64,000 nt of DNA from Burkholderiales bacterium (GCA_019749945.1 JAIEPF010000002.1:11914-75913); one strand, 5' to 3'; shown: positions 8,676 to 17,997, counted from the first letter of the stretch. The notes: a model not told the origin generated them from the sequence alone. A program made the numbers and translations.

Positions 8676-9839
8676 ATGCGTCAAGCTTTTCTAATAATGC
8701 ACATCGGCAACGCCGAACTTGACCATGTAGCTTCAGCAGCAATCGTTCCGGCCCTTGTAGCCTGTGGCCTCGACGCAAAGCGCGTCGACAAACACAATAA
8801 GGGTGGTTTGCTAAAAACCGAGATTATCGAGTTTATTGAAAGGTCTGAAATCATCGTAGCGGACCTCACACATGAACGCCCGAACTGCTACCTTGAAATC
8901 GGATACGTGATGGGTGTAGATAAGTTTCGCAACTTAATTCTTACGGTACGCGAAGATCATTTTCCTGAGAGCAAGAATTTCAAACAGGGAGGACCCAAGG
9001 TTCACTTTGATCTGGCTGGATACGACATTCTCGCCTGGCATCCAGAAGACATTGATGGTTTTCGCGAAGAACTTGAGAAACGGATAAAACGCAGACTTGC
9101 CATGATTGCGCCCGCAATCCAATCCATGCCTGCGCCGACAGAGGCCGATTGGTTCGGGGAGCAGCGCGCATTAGCAAATGAGGGCATGAAAAAAACCCCT
9201 CGAACTGCTTACATGGAACTTTCCTTTGCTTTGGCCTCACGAACAGAACAATTCTCATTGCCCGCCTTAAATAAAGCTGCCGAAACCGCACCGATACACA
9301 CTTTTGGATGGCCTATCGCACTGTACATGACGCAAGAAGAATTCCGACCACGGCCTCGCGCGGACGGTATTGCAGCAGAAATCATTACTGACCAACGGGA
9401 TTCGTACGATTTTTGGGCATTACGCCGCAATGGTGACTTTTATTGGCGCGGCTCTCTTTTTGAGGACGAGCGCAGCCCCGGAGAGCTATTTTTTGATACT
9501 CGTATTATTCGAGTAACAGAGGCTCTTCTCTATTGTGGTCGACTTTACGCTGCTCTTGGTCAAGATCGGCAGCGCGTGGTAACCATTAGCGTAAGGCATA
9601 CTGGGCTCAAAGGACGAAAACTCTCCAGCGCAAATCGGAATCGTTTTGTACATTCTAGGGAATCACACGAAAACGAATCAGCCACTTCGTTTTCTGTACG
9701 CCTTGAACAATTAGAATCAGATTTAGTTCCTCTAGTAAAAAGTATTGTGGCGCCTATTTTAGAACTGTTTGATTTCTTTGAAATAGGTGACCCGATATAT
9801 GAGGAAATCGTCAACAAATTTGTTGAAGGCAGAACATGA
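8676..9839 (+). CDS. Hypothetical protein on an AT-rich islet: N-terminal nucleoside 2-deoxyribosyltransferase-like/TIR-like Rossmannoid domain plus an unknown C-terminal domain
   Basis: 387-aa ORF with no competing frame and A/T-ending codons, unlike its neighbours. The N-terminal pattern AFLIMHIG...SEIIVADLTHERPNCYLEIGYVMG resembles the strand-loop-acidic motif of NDT-like domains. The C-terminal ~240 aa has no motif I recognise. Confidence 0.6.
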   Translation: MRQAFLIMHIGNAELDHVASAAIVPALVACGLDAKRVDKHNKGGLLKTEIIEFIERSEIIVADLTHERPNCYLEIGYVMGVDKFRNLILTVREDHFPESKNFKQGGPKVHFDLAGYDILAWHPEDIDGFREELEKRIKRRLAMIAPAIQSMPAPTEADWFGEQRALANEGMKKTPRTAYMELSFALASRTEQFSLPALNKAAETAPIHTFGWPIALYMTQEEFRPRPRADGIAAEIITDQRDSYDFWALRRNGDFYWRGSLFEDERSPGELFFDTRIIRVTEALLYCGRLYAALGQDRQRVVTISVRHTGLKGRKLSSANRNRFVHSRESHENESATSFSVRLEQLESDLVPLVKSIVAPILELFDFFEIGDPIYEEIVNKFVEGRT

Positions 9840-9854
9840 GTCTGTCTCAAAAAA

Positions 9855-10235
9855 TCAGACGTACTCCGACACCTCAACCAGATTGAGATCCGGATCGCGG
9901 AAATAAACCGAGCGTATTTCCCCCATCGCCCCGGTCTTGATGCAGGGCCCTTCGATGATCGTGACCTTGTGTTTGTTCAGGCTCGCGATCACCTGCTCCA
10001 GCGGCACTGACGCAATAAAACAAAAATCCAGCGTGCCGACACCGGGCGCATGCGCCTTGGGCTCGTATTCCTTGCTCTTCACGTGGATGTTGATTTTCTG
10101 TTTACCGAATTTCAGCGCCAGACGTTTGCCGCTGCGGAAGGTCTCCAGCTTCATGCCCAGCACTTCGGTGTAGAAACGGATGGTTTCTTCCGGTTGTGCG
10201 GTGGTCAGGACGAAGTGGTCGAGGCGATCAATCAT
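9855..10235 (-). CDS. VOC family protein (glyoxalase/bleomycin resistance/dioxygenase fold)
   Basis: 126 aa. MIDRLDHFVLTTAQPEETIRFYTEVLGM... is a typical VOC N-terminus. Confidence 0.8.
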   Translation of the reverse strand: MIDRLDHFVLTTAQPEETIRFYTEVLGMKLETFRSGKRLALKFGKQKINIHVKSKEYEPKAHAPGVGTLDFCFIASVPLEQVIASLNKHKVTIIEGPCIKTGAMGEIRSVYFRDPDLNLVEVSEYV

Positions 10236-10290
10236 GGCTGCTCCGGGATATATTCATAAATATTTTATTTTATTGATAATTTTATATACC

Positions 10291-10341
10291 GCCCTTCGAC
10301 AGAGCCTGTCCTGAGCTTGTCGAAGGGCTCAGGGCGAACGG
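10291..10341. repeat. REP-like intergenic hairpin
   Basis: Perfect 11-bp stem gcccttcgaca (10291-10301) / tgtcgaagggc (10318-10328), followed by the tail tcagggcgaacgg. Sequences of this type recur as intergenic repeats in many proteobacterial genomes. Confidence 0.5.
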
Positions 10342-10358
10342 TTCCTTAAAACACTTCT

Positions 10359-11570
10359 TCAGATCACGCCCTTGGCGCGTAAATCAGCGATGGTTTCCGC
10401 TTTGAGACCGGCGCGCTTCAGTACTGCTTCAGTGTCCTCACCCAAACGCGGCGCGGTGTTGCGAATCGAACCCGGTGTCGCCGACAGTTTGGGCACGATG
10501 CCCGGCACGTCGACTGCAGTGCCGTCGCGCGTGGTGATGTTGAGGATCATGTCGCGGGCTTTGTATTGCGCATCGGCGGCGATGTCGGCCACGGAATAGA
10601 TGGCGCCTGAGGGCACATCGTGGTCGCCGAGGATTTTCAGCGCGTCGGTTTTTTCGCGCGCGCCGGTCCACGCGGCGATTGCAGCATCGATCTCGGTGAC
10701 GCGTTTGACGCGGCCGTCGTTGGAAGCGAGGTCCGGTGCATTGCCCAGATCATCACGACCAATCGCAGACATCAGCCGTTTAAAAATCCCGTCACCGTTG
10801 CCGCCGATCAATATCCAGCCGTCGCGGCAGGGATAGGCATTCGACGGCACGATGCCGGGCAAGGCACTGCCGGCGGCTTCGCGCACCACACCGAAGGCGC
10901 TGTACTCGGGCAGCAGGCTTTCCATGCAGTTGAATACGCTCTCATACAAGGCGATGTCGATGACCTGGCCTTCGCCGCCCTTCTTCGTATCGCGATGGTA
11001 GAGGGCCATCAGTACACCGATCACGCCATGCAGCGCCGCCAGCGTGTCTCCGATCGACACACCGACGCGCACCGGCACCCGGCCCGGTTCGGCGGTCAGG
11101 TAACGCAGGCCACCCATGGATTCGGCGATCACGCCGAAACCGGGACGGTCGCGGTACGGACCGCTCTGGCCGTAGCCGGAGATACGCACCATCACCAGTT
11201 TCGGATTTATTTTTTTGAGGCTCTCGTAACCGAGGCTCCACTCCTCCATCTTGCCGGGGCGGAAATTCTCGATCAGCACATCGGCGTCTCTGACCAGCGT
11301 GCGCAGGATGTCCTGGCCTTCGGTTTTGGTCAGGTCCAGCGTCACCGACTGTTTGTTGCGCGACTGTACTTCCCACCAGATCGAATTGCCGTCCTTCAGC
11401 AACCGCCATTTGCGCAGCGGATCACCCTTGCCCGGCGGTTCGATCTTGATCACTTCGGCGCCGAAGTCGCCCAGCGTTTTGCCGCAGAAGGGGCCGGCGA
11501 TGAGCTGGCCGAGTTCGATGACGCGCACGCCGGCGAGGGGGCCGGCGGCGGTTTGTGGTGTAGTGGTCAT
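10359..11570 (-). CDS. Family III CoA-transferase (CaiB/BaiF)
   Basis: 403 aa. GVRVIELGQLIAGPFCGKTLGDFGAEVIKIEPPGKGDP motif. Confidence 0.9.
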   Translation of the reverse strand: MTTTPQTAAGPLAGVRVIELGQLIAGPFCGKTLGDFGAEVIKIEPPGKGDPLRKWRLLKDGNSIWWEVQSRNKQSVTLDLTKTEGQDILRTLVRDADVLIENFRPGKMEEWSLGYESLKKINPKLVMVRISGYGQSGPYRDRPGFGVIAESMGGLRYLTAEPGRVPVRVGVSIGDTLAALHGVIGVLMALYHRDTKKGGEGQVIDIALYESVFNCMESLLPEYSAFGVVREAAGSALPGIVPSNAYPCRDGWILIGGNGDGIFKRLMSAIGRDDLGNAPDLASNDGRVKRVTEIDAAIAAWTGAREKTDALKILGDHDVPSGAIYSVADIAADAQYKARDMILNITTRDGTAVDVPGIVPKLSATPGSIRNTAPRLGEDTEAVLKRAGLKAETIADLRAKGVI

Positions 11571-11656
11571 GGTGCGGTTCCTTCAGTGAACCTGAAGCAT
11601 ACCGTGGAGGGAAAGCGGCAAACAGACTCCGCTTTTTGAGATGCCCCTCACCCTAA

Positions 11657-11692
11657 CCCTCTCCCCGCAAGCGGGGAGAGGGAAGGTTTTTT
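11657..11692. repeat. REP-like GC hairpin with T-run (possible terminator)
   Basis: ccctctcccc-gcaagc-ggggagaggg followed by aaggtttttt. The T-run is on the + strand although both flanking genes are on the - strand. The same hairpin generates the spurious peptide [13 protein letters not shown] in track ORF 11641..12426. Confidence 0.5.
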
Positions 11693-11694
11693 CA

Positions 11695-12162
11695 TTACTT
11701 GCCCTGCAGTTCCGCCGCGCGTTTTACCGCTTTGACGATATTGATATATCCGGTACAGCGGCAGAGGTTGCCCTCAAGCCCATGCACGATTTCTTCGTCG
11801 GTGGGGTTCGGCGTGTCCTTGATCAGCGCGGCGGTGGTCATGATCATGCCCGGGGTGCAGAAACCGCATTGCAGCGCATGGCATTCGGTGAACGCCGCCT
11901 GCGCCGGATGCAGCTTGCCGTTTTTGGCCAAGCCTTCGATGGTCACCACGTCGGCACCGTCGGCTTGTACCGCCAGCAGGGTGCAGGATTTGATCGCGCG
12001 ACCGTCGACATGCACGGTGCAGGCGCCGCACTGGCTGGTGTCACAGCCGACATGGGTGCCGGTCAGGTTCAGCGTGTCGCGCAGGAAATTGGCGAGCAGC
12101 ACGCGGTCTTCAACTTCGCCGGAGCATTTCTTGCCGTTTACGGTCAGTTCAATTTTTGCCAT
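11695..12162 (-). CDS. (2Fe-2S)-binding small subunit of a xanthine dehydrogenase/CoxS-family molybdenum hydroxylase
   Basis: 155 aa. Plant-type ([11 protein letters not shown]) and second (CGFCTPG ... CRCTGY) 2Fe-2S cysteine motifs. Confidence 0.9.
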   Translation of the reverse strand: MAKIELTVNGKKCSGEVEDRVLLANFLRDTLNLTGTHVGCDTSQCGACTVHVDGRAIKSCTLLAVQADGADVVTIEGLAKNGKLHPAQAAFTECHALQCGFCTPGMIMTTAALIKDTPNPTDEEIVHGLEGNLCRCTGYINIVKAVKRAAELQGK

Positions 12163-12176
12163 TGCGTGCTTCCCCG

Positions 12177-12971
12177 TTATGCCAGCGCCGCGACTGCGCG
12201 GGCGGCCATGACTTTTGCCAGCTGCGCGCGGTATTCGCGTGTGCCGTGGATGTCTTCGTTCAGATCGTCAGCCGCCAGCGTGAGTTTTTCAATCGCGGCC
12301 GCATTCATGCCTTTGGCCAATGCCTGTTCGGCATCGCTCCAGCGGAACACGCCGGGGCCCGCGCCAGTCACCGCGACACGGATGCCCGCCGTGGTCTGCG
12401 CGACAAACACGCCAGCCATCGCATAACCCGAAGCCGGATGCGGAAACTTGGCGTAAGCGGCTTTTTTCGGCAGCGGAAAGGCGATGCGCACAATCAGCTC
12501 ACCCGGTTCCAGCGCGGTTGCGAACATGCCCTGGAAAAAATCATCGGCGGCGATTTCGCGTTTGTTGGTGATGACTTTGGCGTTGAGGCCCAGCACCGCC
12601 GACGGATAATCCGCAGCCGGATCGTTGTTGGCGACCGAACCGCCCAGCGTGCCACGGTTGCGCACCTGCGGGTCACCGATGTGGGAGGCCAGATCAGCCA
12701 ATGCCGGAATCGCATCGCGCACGACTTTCGAAGTCGCCACCTGATGGTGCCGCGTTGTGGCGCCGATGATCAGCGCGCCGTCCTTGACCTCAATCCCGGA
12801 CAATTCTGAAAGTCCATTTAAATCAATAAGTTGCGTTGGATTCGCCAGACGCGCTTTTAACGTCGGGATCAGCGTCATGCCGCCAGACAGCGGCTTGGCT
12901 TCGTCATCCTTGCTCAGCCACTCCCCCGCTTCCTTCAGCGTTTTTGCCTTGCGATACTGAAATGCAAACAT
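12177..12971 (-). CDS. FAD-binding medium subunit (CoxM/XdhB-like) of a molybdenum hydroxylase
   Basis: The track ORF extends to 13109. ATG 12971 ([15 protein letters not shown]...) lies immediately after the large-subunit stop (12974), so the start was trimmed. It carries the FAD_binding_5-type motif [10 protein letters not shown]. Confidence 0.85.
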   Translation of the reverse strand: MFAFQYRKAKTLKEAGEWLSKDDEAKPLSGGMTLIPTLKARLANPTQLIDLNGLSELSGIEVKDGALIIGATTRHHQVATSKVVRDAIPALADLASHIGDPQVRNRGTLGGSVANNDPAADYPSAVLGLNAKVITNKREIAADDFFQGMFATALEPGELIVRIAFPLPKKAAYAKFPHPASGYAMAGVFVAQTTAGIRVAVTGAGPGVFRWSDAEQALAKGMNAAAIEKLTLAADDLNEDIHGTREYRAQLAKVMAARAVAALA

Positions 12972-12973
12972 GG

Positions 12974-15283
12974 TCAGTGTCCTTTTTTTGCAGCGGTGAT
13001 CGCCTGCCACAGCTTGTGCGCGGTCAGCGGCATGTCCAGCGGCGGCACACCCAGCGGGCGCAGCGCGTTCATCACGGCATTGGTCAACGCACCCAGCGAC
13101 GCGGTGCAACCGGATTCACCCATGCCCTTCACACCCAGCGGGCTGATGGTGCCGAAGGTGCTGTGATCAGCGATGGTGATGTCCTTGATCCAGCCGGCTT
13201 TGGGCATCGGGTAATCGGCAAAGCTGCCGGTCAGCAACTGGCCGGTCCCCGTGTCATACACAATGTTCTCGCCAAAAATCTGGCCCCAGCCCTGCGCCAC
13301 CGCGCCGTGCATCTGGCCTTCGACGATGGTGTGGTTGATCACCGTGCCGCAATCATCGACCGTCACATACGAGACCACGTTGGTGACACCGGTCTGCGGA
13401 TCGATTTCGACTTCGGCGATATGGCAGCCGTTGGGGAAGGTCGAACCGAATTTGCCTTCGCCAGTGACCGAGAGCGGTTTTTTCGCGGCCAGTTCACCCA
13501 GCGTGATTTTTTTGTTCGACTCCCTGGACTGGAACTCGCCCTTGGCGTAAGCCACCTGCGAGGGCTCAACACCGAGTTGTTCCGCAGCCAGCGGTGTCGC
13601 CACTTCGATCAGTTTTTTCGCCGCGATGTGGCAGACCGTGCCGGCGCCGACGATGGTGCGTGAACCGCCGGTGTGGTTGCCGATCAGGCCTTTTTCGCCG
13701 ATGCCCTGGCGCAGCGTGATGCGTTCGGCCGGAAGGCCCAGCGCATCGCCGATGATCTGCGCGAAGGTGGTTTCATGGCCCTGGCCCTGCGAATGCGAAA
13801 TCGAATACGCGGTGAGCTTGCCGTCGGTGCCGACTTCGAGCAGCACTTCGTCCTTGGGGAACATGCCGGCGCCGGAATTCTCGATCACCGTGGACATGCC
13901 GAGGCCGCGCAACTGGCCGCGTTTTTCCGATTCGGTACGACGCTTGTCAAACCCTTTGACGTCGGCGAGTTTCAGCGCCTTTTCCAGCACCGCGGGGAAA
14001 TCGGCGATGTCGTAGACCGAACCGGTCGGGGTTTTGTAGGGGAAGGCCTCGGGCGGAATGAAATTGCGGCGGCGAATTTCCGCCGGATCGATGTTCATCT
14101 GCGCCGCAGACTCATCCACCAGGCGTTCGATGGTGTAAGCGATTTCCGGACGCGCAGCACCCCGGTAGGCCGACACCGGCACGGTATTGGTCAGGGCCAC
14201 GCGCCAGCGGCCATACAGCGCCGGGGTTTTGTAGACGCCGTTGAGGCAGGTCACCGGATTGCGCATCGGGCTGACCGGGCCTGCGGGATGCAGATAGGCG
14301 CCGAGGTCGGCGATCCAGTCCAGCTTCATCGCGAGGAAAGTGCCGTCGCGGTCGAGTGCCATTTCGGCGTCGATGTAATTGGCGCGGCCGTGGGAATCCG
14401 ACTGGAAACCTTCGCTGCGCGAGGACACCCATTTCACCGGGCGCTGGAGCGCCTTGGCGGCGATCATCAGTGCGACGTACTCGGTATAGGCGATGCTGCG
14501 CTGGCCGAAACCGCCGCCGACGTCTTTGGCCTTGATGATCAGTTTGTCCTCGGGCACGCCCGTATAGGCGGCAATCTGCATGCGCATCATGTTGATGCCC
14601 TGCACCGGCGAGTGCACCGTGTAAGATCCGGAAGCGGCGTCATAGGCCACCAGGCAGGCGCGCGGTTCCATCGGGCTGGGCGCGACGCGGGTGCAGTCGA
14701 GTTTCAGCTTGGTGATGTGCGCCGCCCTGGCGAAGGCTGCCGCCACGGCGGCGGCGTCGCCGGCCTCCTGTTCAAACGCCAGGTTGCCCGGCACGTTGTC
14801 GTGCAGCTGCGGCGCGCCGGCTTCCAGCGTCGCCCGCGGGTCCACCGTCACCGGCAGATCTTCGTATTCGACTTCGATCAGTTCCGCGGCGTCCTGCGCC
14901 TGCAGCGCAGTCTCGGCAACCACCATCGCCACCGTTTCACCGACAAAACGCACGCGTTCATGCGCCAGCACCGCGCGATTGGGCAGGTTCGCCTTTTTGC
15001 CGTCCTTGCCGGGGAAGGTCAGCATGCTCAACGGCTTGATGTAACCCGCAGCGACGGCATCGGCGCCGGTGTAGACGCCGAGCACACCCCTGGCCTTGCG
15101 CGCGGCATCGGTGTTGATGGAAATGATTTTTGCGTGGGCGCGATCGGCGCGCAGGAACGCAGCATGCGCCTGCCTGGGCAGGCTCCAGTCGGCGGCGTAA
15201 CAGCCCTCGCCCTTGATCAGCCGCAGGTCTTCCAGGCGGGACAGATGCGCCCCGCCGACGTCGAACAGGTGTTGATGGTCCAT
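12974..15283 (-). CDS. Molybdopterin-binding large subunit (CoxL/XdhA family), not a bona fide CO dehydrogenase
   Basis: 769 aa. Aldehyde oxidase/xanthine dehydrogenase a/b hammerhead and Mo-binding regions. The active-site loop reads VSAYRGAARPE rather than the form I CODH loop VAYRCSFR. Confidence 0.9.
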   Translation of the reverse strand: MDHQHLFDVGGAHLSRLEDLRLIKGEGCYAADWSLPRQAHAAFLRADRAHAKIISINTDAARKARGVLGVYTGADAVAAGYIKPLSMLTFPGKDGKKANLPNRAVLAHERVRFVGETVAMVVAETALQAQDAAELIEVEYEDLPVTVDPRATLEAGAPQLHDNVPGNLAFEQEAGDAAAVAAAFARAAHITKLKLDCTRVAPSPMEPRACLVAYDAASGSYTVHSPVQGINMMRMQIAAYTGVPEDKLIIKAKDVGGGFGQRSIAYTEYVALMIAAKALQRPVKWVSSRSEGFQSDSHGRANYIDAEMALDRDGTFLAMKLDWIADLGAYLHPAGPVSPMRNPVTCLNGVYKTPALYGRWRVALTNTVPVSAYRGAARPEIAYTIERLVDESAAQMNIDPAEIRRRNFIPPEAFPYKTPTGSVYDIADFPAVLEKALKLADVKGFDKRRTESEKRGQLRGLGMSTVIENSGAGMFPKDEVLLEVGTDGKLTAYSISHSQGQGHETTFAQIIGDALGLPAERITLRQGIGEKGLIGNHTGGSRTIVGAGTVCHIAAKKLIEVATPLAAEQLGVEPSQVAYAKGEFQSRESNKKITLGELAAKKPLSVTGEGKFGSTFPNGCHIAEVEIDPQTGVTNVVSYVTVDDCGTVINHTIVEGQMHGAVAQGWGQIFGENIVYDTGTGQLLTGSFADYPMPKAGWIKDITIADHSTFGTISPLGVKGMGESGCTASLGALTNAVMNALRPLGVPPLDMPLTAHKLWQAITAAKKGH

Positions 15284-15501
15284 GACTATCCCGGCACCGC
15301 ATGCTGGACAGCAGCAGCGGCGCGCGCTCCTCGTTTGGAATGACTTATAGGATAACGCAAAATGCGCGCAAAACCAGCGTAAAAGTGGCGGCCAATAAGG
15401 GCCGCCTTGTTGCGTCGTCCCGGACGCTCGCGCACAATGCGCTGACCGCAGTCCATATCGTACACTGCCACGCCTTTTCGTACATTCAGCCGCGCGAGCC
15501 C

Positions 15502-16659
15502 ATGAAAAAAGACACCCTGCTGACCCATGTCGGGCGCAATCCCGCGCAGAGCCATGGCACCGTCAACACGCCGGTGTTCCGCACCTCGACCGTGGTGTTC
15601 CCCGATCTCGAGAGCTACGAGAGCCGCGACCCCGACGATTTCAAGAGCATGCGTTACGGCATCCACGGCACGCCGACCACCTTTGCCTTCGAGGAAGCGG
15701 TGGCCAGAATGGAAGGCGGCCACCAGGCCGTGGCCCTGCCCTCGGGTCTGGCGGCGATCACCGCGGCATTGTCGGCCTTTGTCAAAATGGGCGACCACCT
15801 GCTGATGACCGACAGCGCCTATGCGCCGACGCGCATCTTCTGCGAAAAACAGCTGCGCAAAATGGGCGTTGAGGTCGAATACTACGATCCGCTGATCGGC
15901 GCCGGCATCGCCAAACTGATCAGGCCCAACACCCGGGCCGTGTTCTGCGAGGCGCCGGGGTCGCTGACCTTCGAAATGCAGGACATCCCGGCCATCGCCG
16001 CGGCGGCGCATGGACACGGCATCCCGGTGCTCGCCGATACCACCTGGGGCACGCCGTACTTTTTCCGCTCCTTCGAACGCGGCATCGACGTCTCGATCCA
16101 TGCCGCAACCAAATACATCGTCGGCCATTCCGATGTGCTGATGGGCGTCATCGTCACCAATGAACAATACTGGCTGCCGGTGCGCCATGCCGTGGCCGAG
16201 TACGGCTTTTGCGTCAGCCCGGATGATTGTTATCTGGCGCTGCGCGGCTTTCGCACCATCGGCGTGCGCATGAAACAGCAGATGGCCAATGCGCTGACTG
16301 TCGCGCGCTGGTTGGCCGCTCGTCCCGAAATACAACGCGTGCTGTACCCGGCGCTGGAAAGCGATCCCGGACATGCGATCTGGAAACGCGATTTTGACGG
16401 CGCGGCCTCGCTGTTCGGCGTGGTGCTGCGCCCGGCGGATCGTGCTCGTGTTGCGGCTTTTGTGAATGCACTCAAGCTGTTCGGCATTGGTTCCAGCTGG
16501 GGCGGTTATGAAAGCCTGGTCACCGCGCCGCACCCGGAAAAAATCCGCACGGCAACAACATGGAACCCGGGCGGGCCGCTGATCCGCCTGCACATCGGGC
16601 TGGAAGATCCCGCCGACCTGATAGCCGACCTTGAGCAGGCCCTGGCACGACTGGGCTGA
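15502..16659 (+). CDS. metC: Cystathionine beta-lyase (PLP-dependent Cys/Met metabolism family)
   Basis: The track ORF starts at 15301. Homology begins at ATG 15502 (MKKDTLLTHVGRNP...). PLP-lysine context AATKYIVGHSDVLMG. 385 aa. Confidence 0.8.
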   Translation: MKKDTLLTHVGRNPAQSHGTVNTPVFRTSTVVFPDLESYESRDPDDFKSMRYGIHGTPTTFAFEEAVARMEGGHQAVALPSGLAAITAALSAFVKMGDHLLMTDSAYAPTRIFCEKQLRKMGVEVEYYDPLIGAGIAKLIRPNTRAVFCEAPGSLTFEMQDIPAIAAAAHGHGIPVLADTTWGTPYFFRSFERGIDVSIHAATKYIVGHSDVLMGVIVTNEQYWLPVRHAVAEYGFCVSPDDCYLALRGFRTIGVRMKQQMANALTVARWLAARPEIQRVLYPALESDPGHAIWKRDFDGAASLFGVVLRPADRARVAAFVNALKLFGIGSSWGGYESLVTAPHPEKIRTATTWNPGGPLIRLHIGLEDPADLIADLEQALARLG

Positions 16660-16694
16660 ACCCCATTGACCCGCCCCAAAAACCCGGAGGACCT

Positions 16695-17924
16695 GTGATA
16701 CGCAAGCTGAGAACAGAACGCGACAACCAGCAGTGGATGCTCGACCTGGCGCTGAACATGCGCGGCCGGGTGCAGAACTTTGAACGCGATGACAGCGAAG
16801 TTCCCGCGGGCAAACGGGCGCGCAATTACCGGATGCTGCCCAAGGTCTGGCGCGAAGCCGGTGAACGTCACGAACGCCTGGCCCGGCTGGCGCAGGCACG
16901 CGGCGCCAAAGCCAGCGCGACCTATCACTACGACCATGCCATCGAAGCCTACCGCATGGCGCAGCATCCGATTTATTTCGACAATCATCCGGTCAAAAAA
17001 CAGCTTTACCGCAAACTGTCGGAAATGGTCGATCGCCGGTCCACGACCGCGGATTATCCGATCGAGCGCATCGAAGTGCCTTTTGACAATGGCACGACGA
17101 TCTCCTGCCTGCTGCACCTGCTGCCCGACCGGCGCCGGGCGCCGGTGGTGATCTATGTGCCGGGCATGGATCAGACCAAGGAAGTCTTCCCCAAGGCGTA
17201 CCACAACATCGGCCACGCCCGCGGCTTCCACGTGCTGGCGATGGACGGCCCGGGCCAGGGCAATTCGAACATGCAGAAAATCCGCGCGGTGGGCGACAAC
17301 TACGAACGGGCCGGCGCCGCGGTCATCAGCTATCTGCGCAAACGTCCCGAAGTCATCAAAAACAAGATTGCGATCTACGGCATCAGCATGGGCAGCTACT
17401 GGTCGCTGCGCCTGTCGAGCTACGACCATCGCGCGGCGGTCGTGGTCAGTTCGGTGGCCTGCTTCAATCCGAACAACACCATCTTCACGCAATCATCGCC
17501 GCGCTTCAAACAGATGTTCATGTACATGGCGGGCTACGACAACGAGGAGCGCTTCGACGAGGAAGTCGCCAGAAGCATGACCGTGCGCGGCCATCTCGGC
17601 AAGATCAAATGCCCGACGCTGCTGGTCACCGGGGAATTCGATCCGCTGTGTCCGCTGGAGGACGCGATCGAAGCCTACGCCGATCTCAAGGTGCCGAAGG
17701 AGATGTGGGTGTTCGAAAACCAGTACCACCCGTTATGGAGCATCAACAACCTCGGCGGCATGGACTGCCATGATTACGTGTTCGACTGGCTGCAGGCGTT
17801 TTTCTCGGGCAAACAGAAGCCGACCAAACGCGGCCGGATTTCCTACATCAAGGAACACGGTGACGGTCCGTGGGGCGACTGCGGCTGGGCGCCGCCGGTC
17901 AAACCCGGCCAGGCCTATTTCTGA
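16695..17924 (+). CDS. Alpha/beta hydrolase with N-terminal helical domain, paralogue of 7309..8478
   Basis: 409 aa. The GTG start is preceded by GGAGG. Nucleophile elbow GISMGSYWS. PTLLVTGEFDPLCP acid region. Co-linear motif matches to 7309..8478. Confidence 0.8.
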   Translation: MIRKLRTERDNQQWMLDLALNMRGRVQNFERDDSEVPAGKRARNYRMLPKVWREAGERHERLARLAQARGAKASATYHYDHAIEAYRMAQHPIYFDNHPVKKQLYRKLSEMVDRRSTTADYPIERIEVPFDNGTTISCLLHLLPDRRRAPVVIYVPGMDQTKEVFPKAYHNIGHARGFHVLAMDGPGQGNSNMQKIRAVGDNYERAGAAVISYLRKRPEVIKNKIAIYGISMGSYWSLRLSSYDHRAAVVVSSVACFNPNNTIFTQSSPRFKQMFMYMAGYDNEERFDEEVARSMTVRGHLGKIKCPTLLVTGEFDPLCPLEDAIEAYADLKVPKEMWVFENQYHPLWSINNLGGMDCHDYVFDWLQAFFSGKQKPTKRGRISYIKEHGDGPWGDCGWAPPVKPGQAYF

Positions 17925-17940
17925 TCAACCCCGGCAAAAC

Positions 17941-17970
17941 AAAAAAGGCGCTCCGCGGGGCGCCTTTTTT
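17941..17970. terminator. Bidirectional rho-independent terminator
   Basis: aaaaaa-ggcgctccg/cggggcgcc-tttttt, between convergent genes that end at 17924 (+) and 17998 (-). Confidence 0.7.
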
Positions 17971-17997
17971 CTGCATTTTATTTGCAGCACACCTTGG

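Noticed and set aside
11641-12426. 261-aa + strand ORF beginning [15 protein letters not shown]
   Set aside because: The N-terminus is just the translation of the REP-like hairpin at 11657..11682. The remainder is antisense to the 2Fe-2S and FAD subunit genes.
11695-15283. Aerobic carbon monoxide dehydrogenase (coxSML) assignment
   Set aside because: The large subunit lacks the form I CODH active-site loop (AYRCSFR) and no cox accessory genes are present. It was called a generic molybdenum hydroxylase instead.
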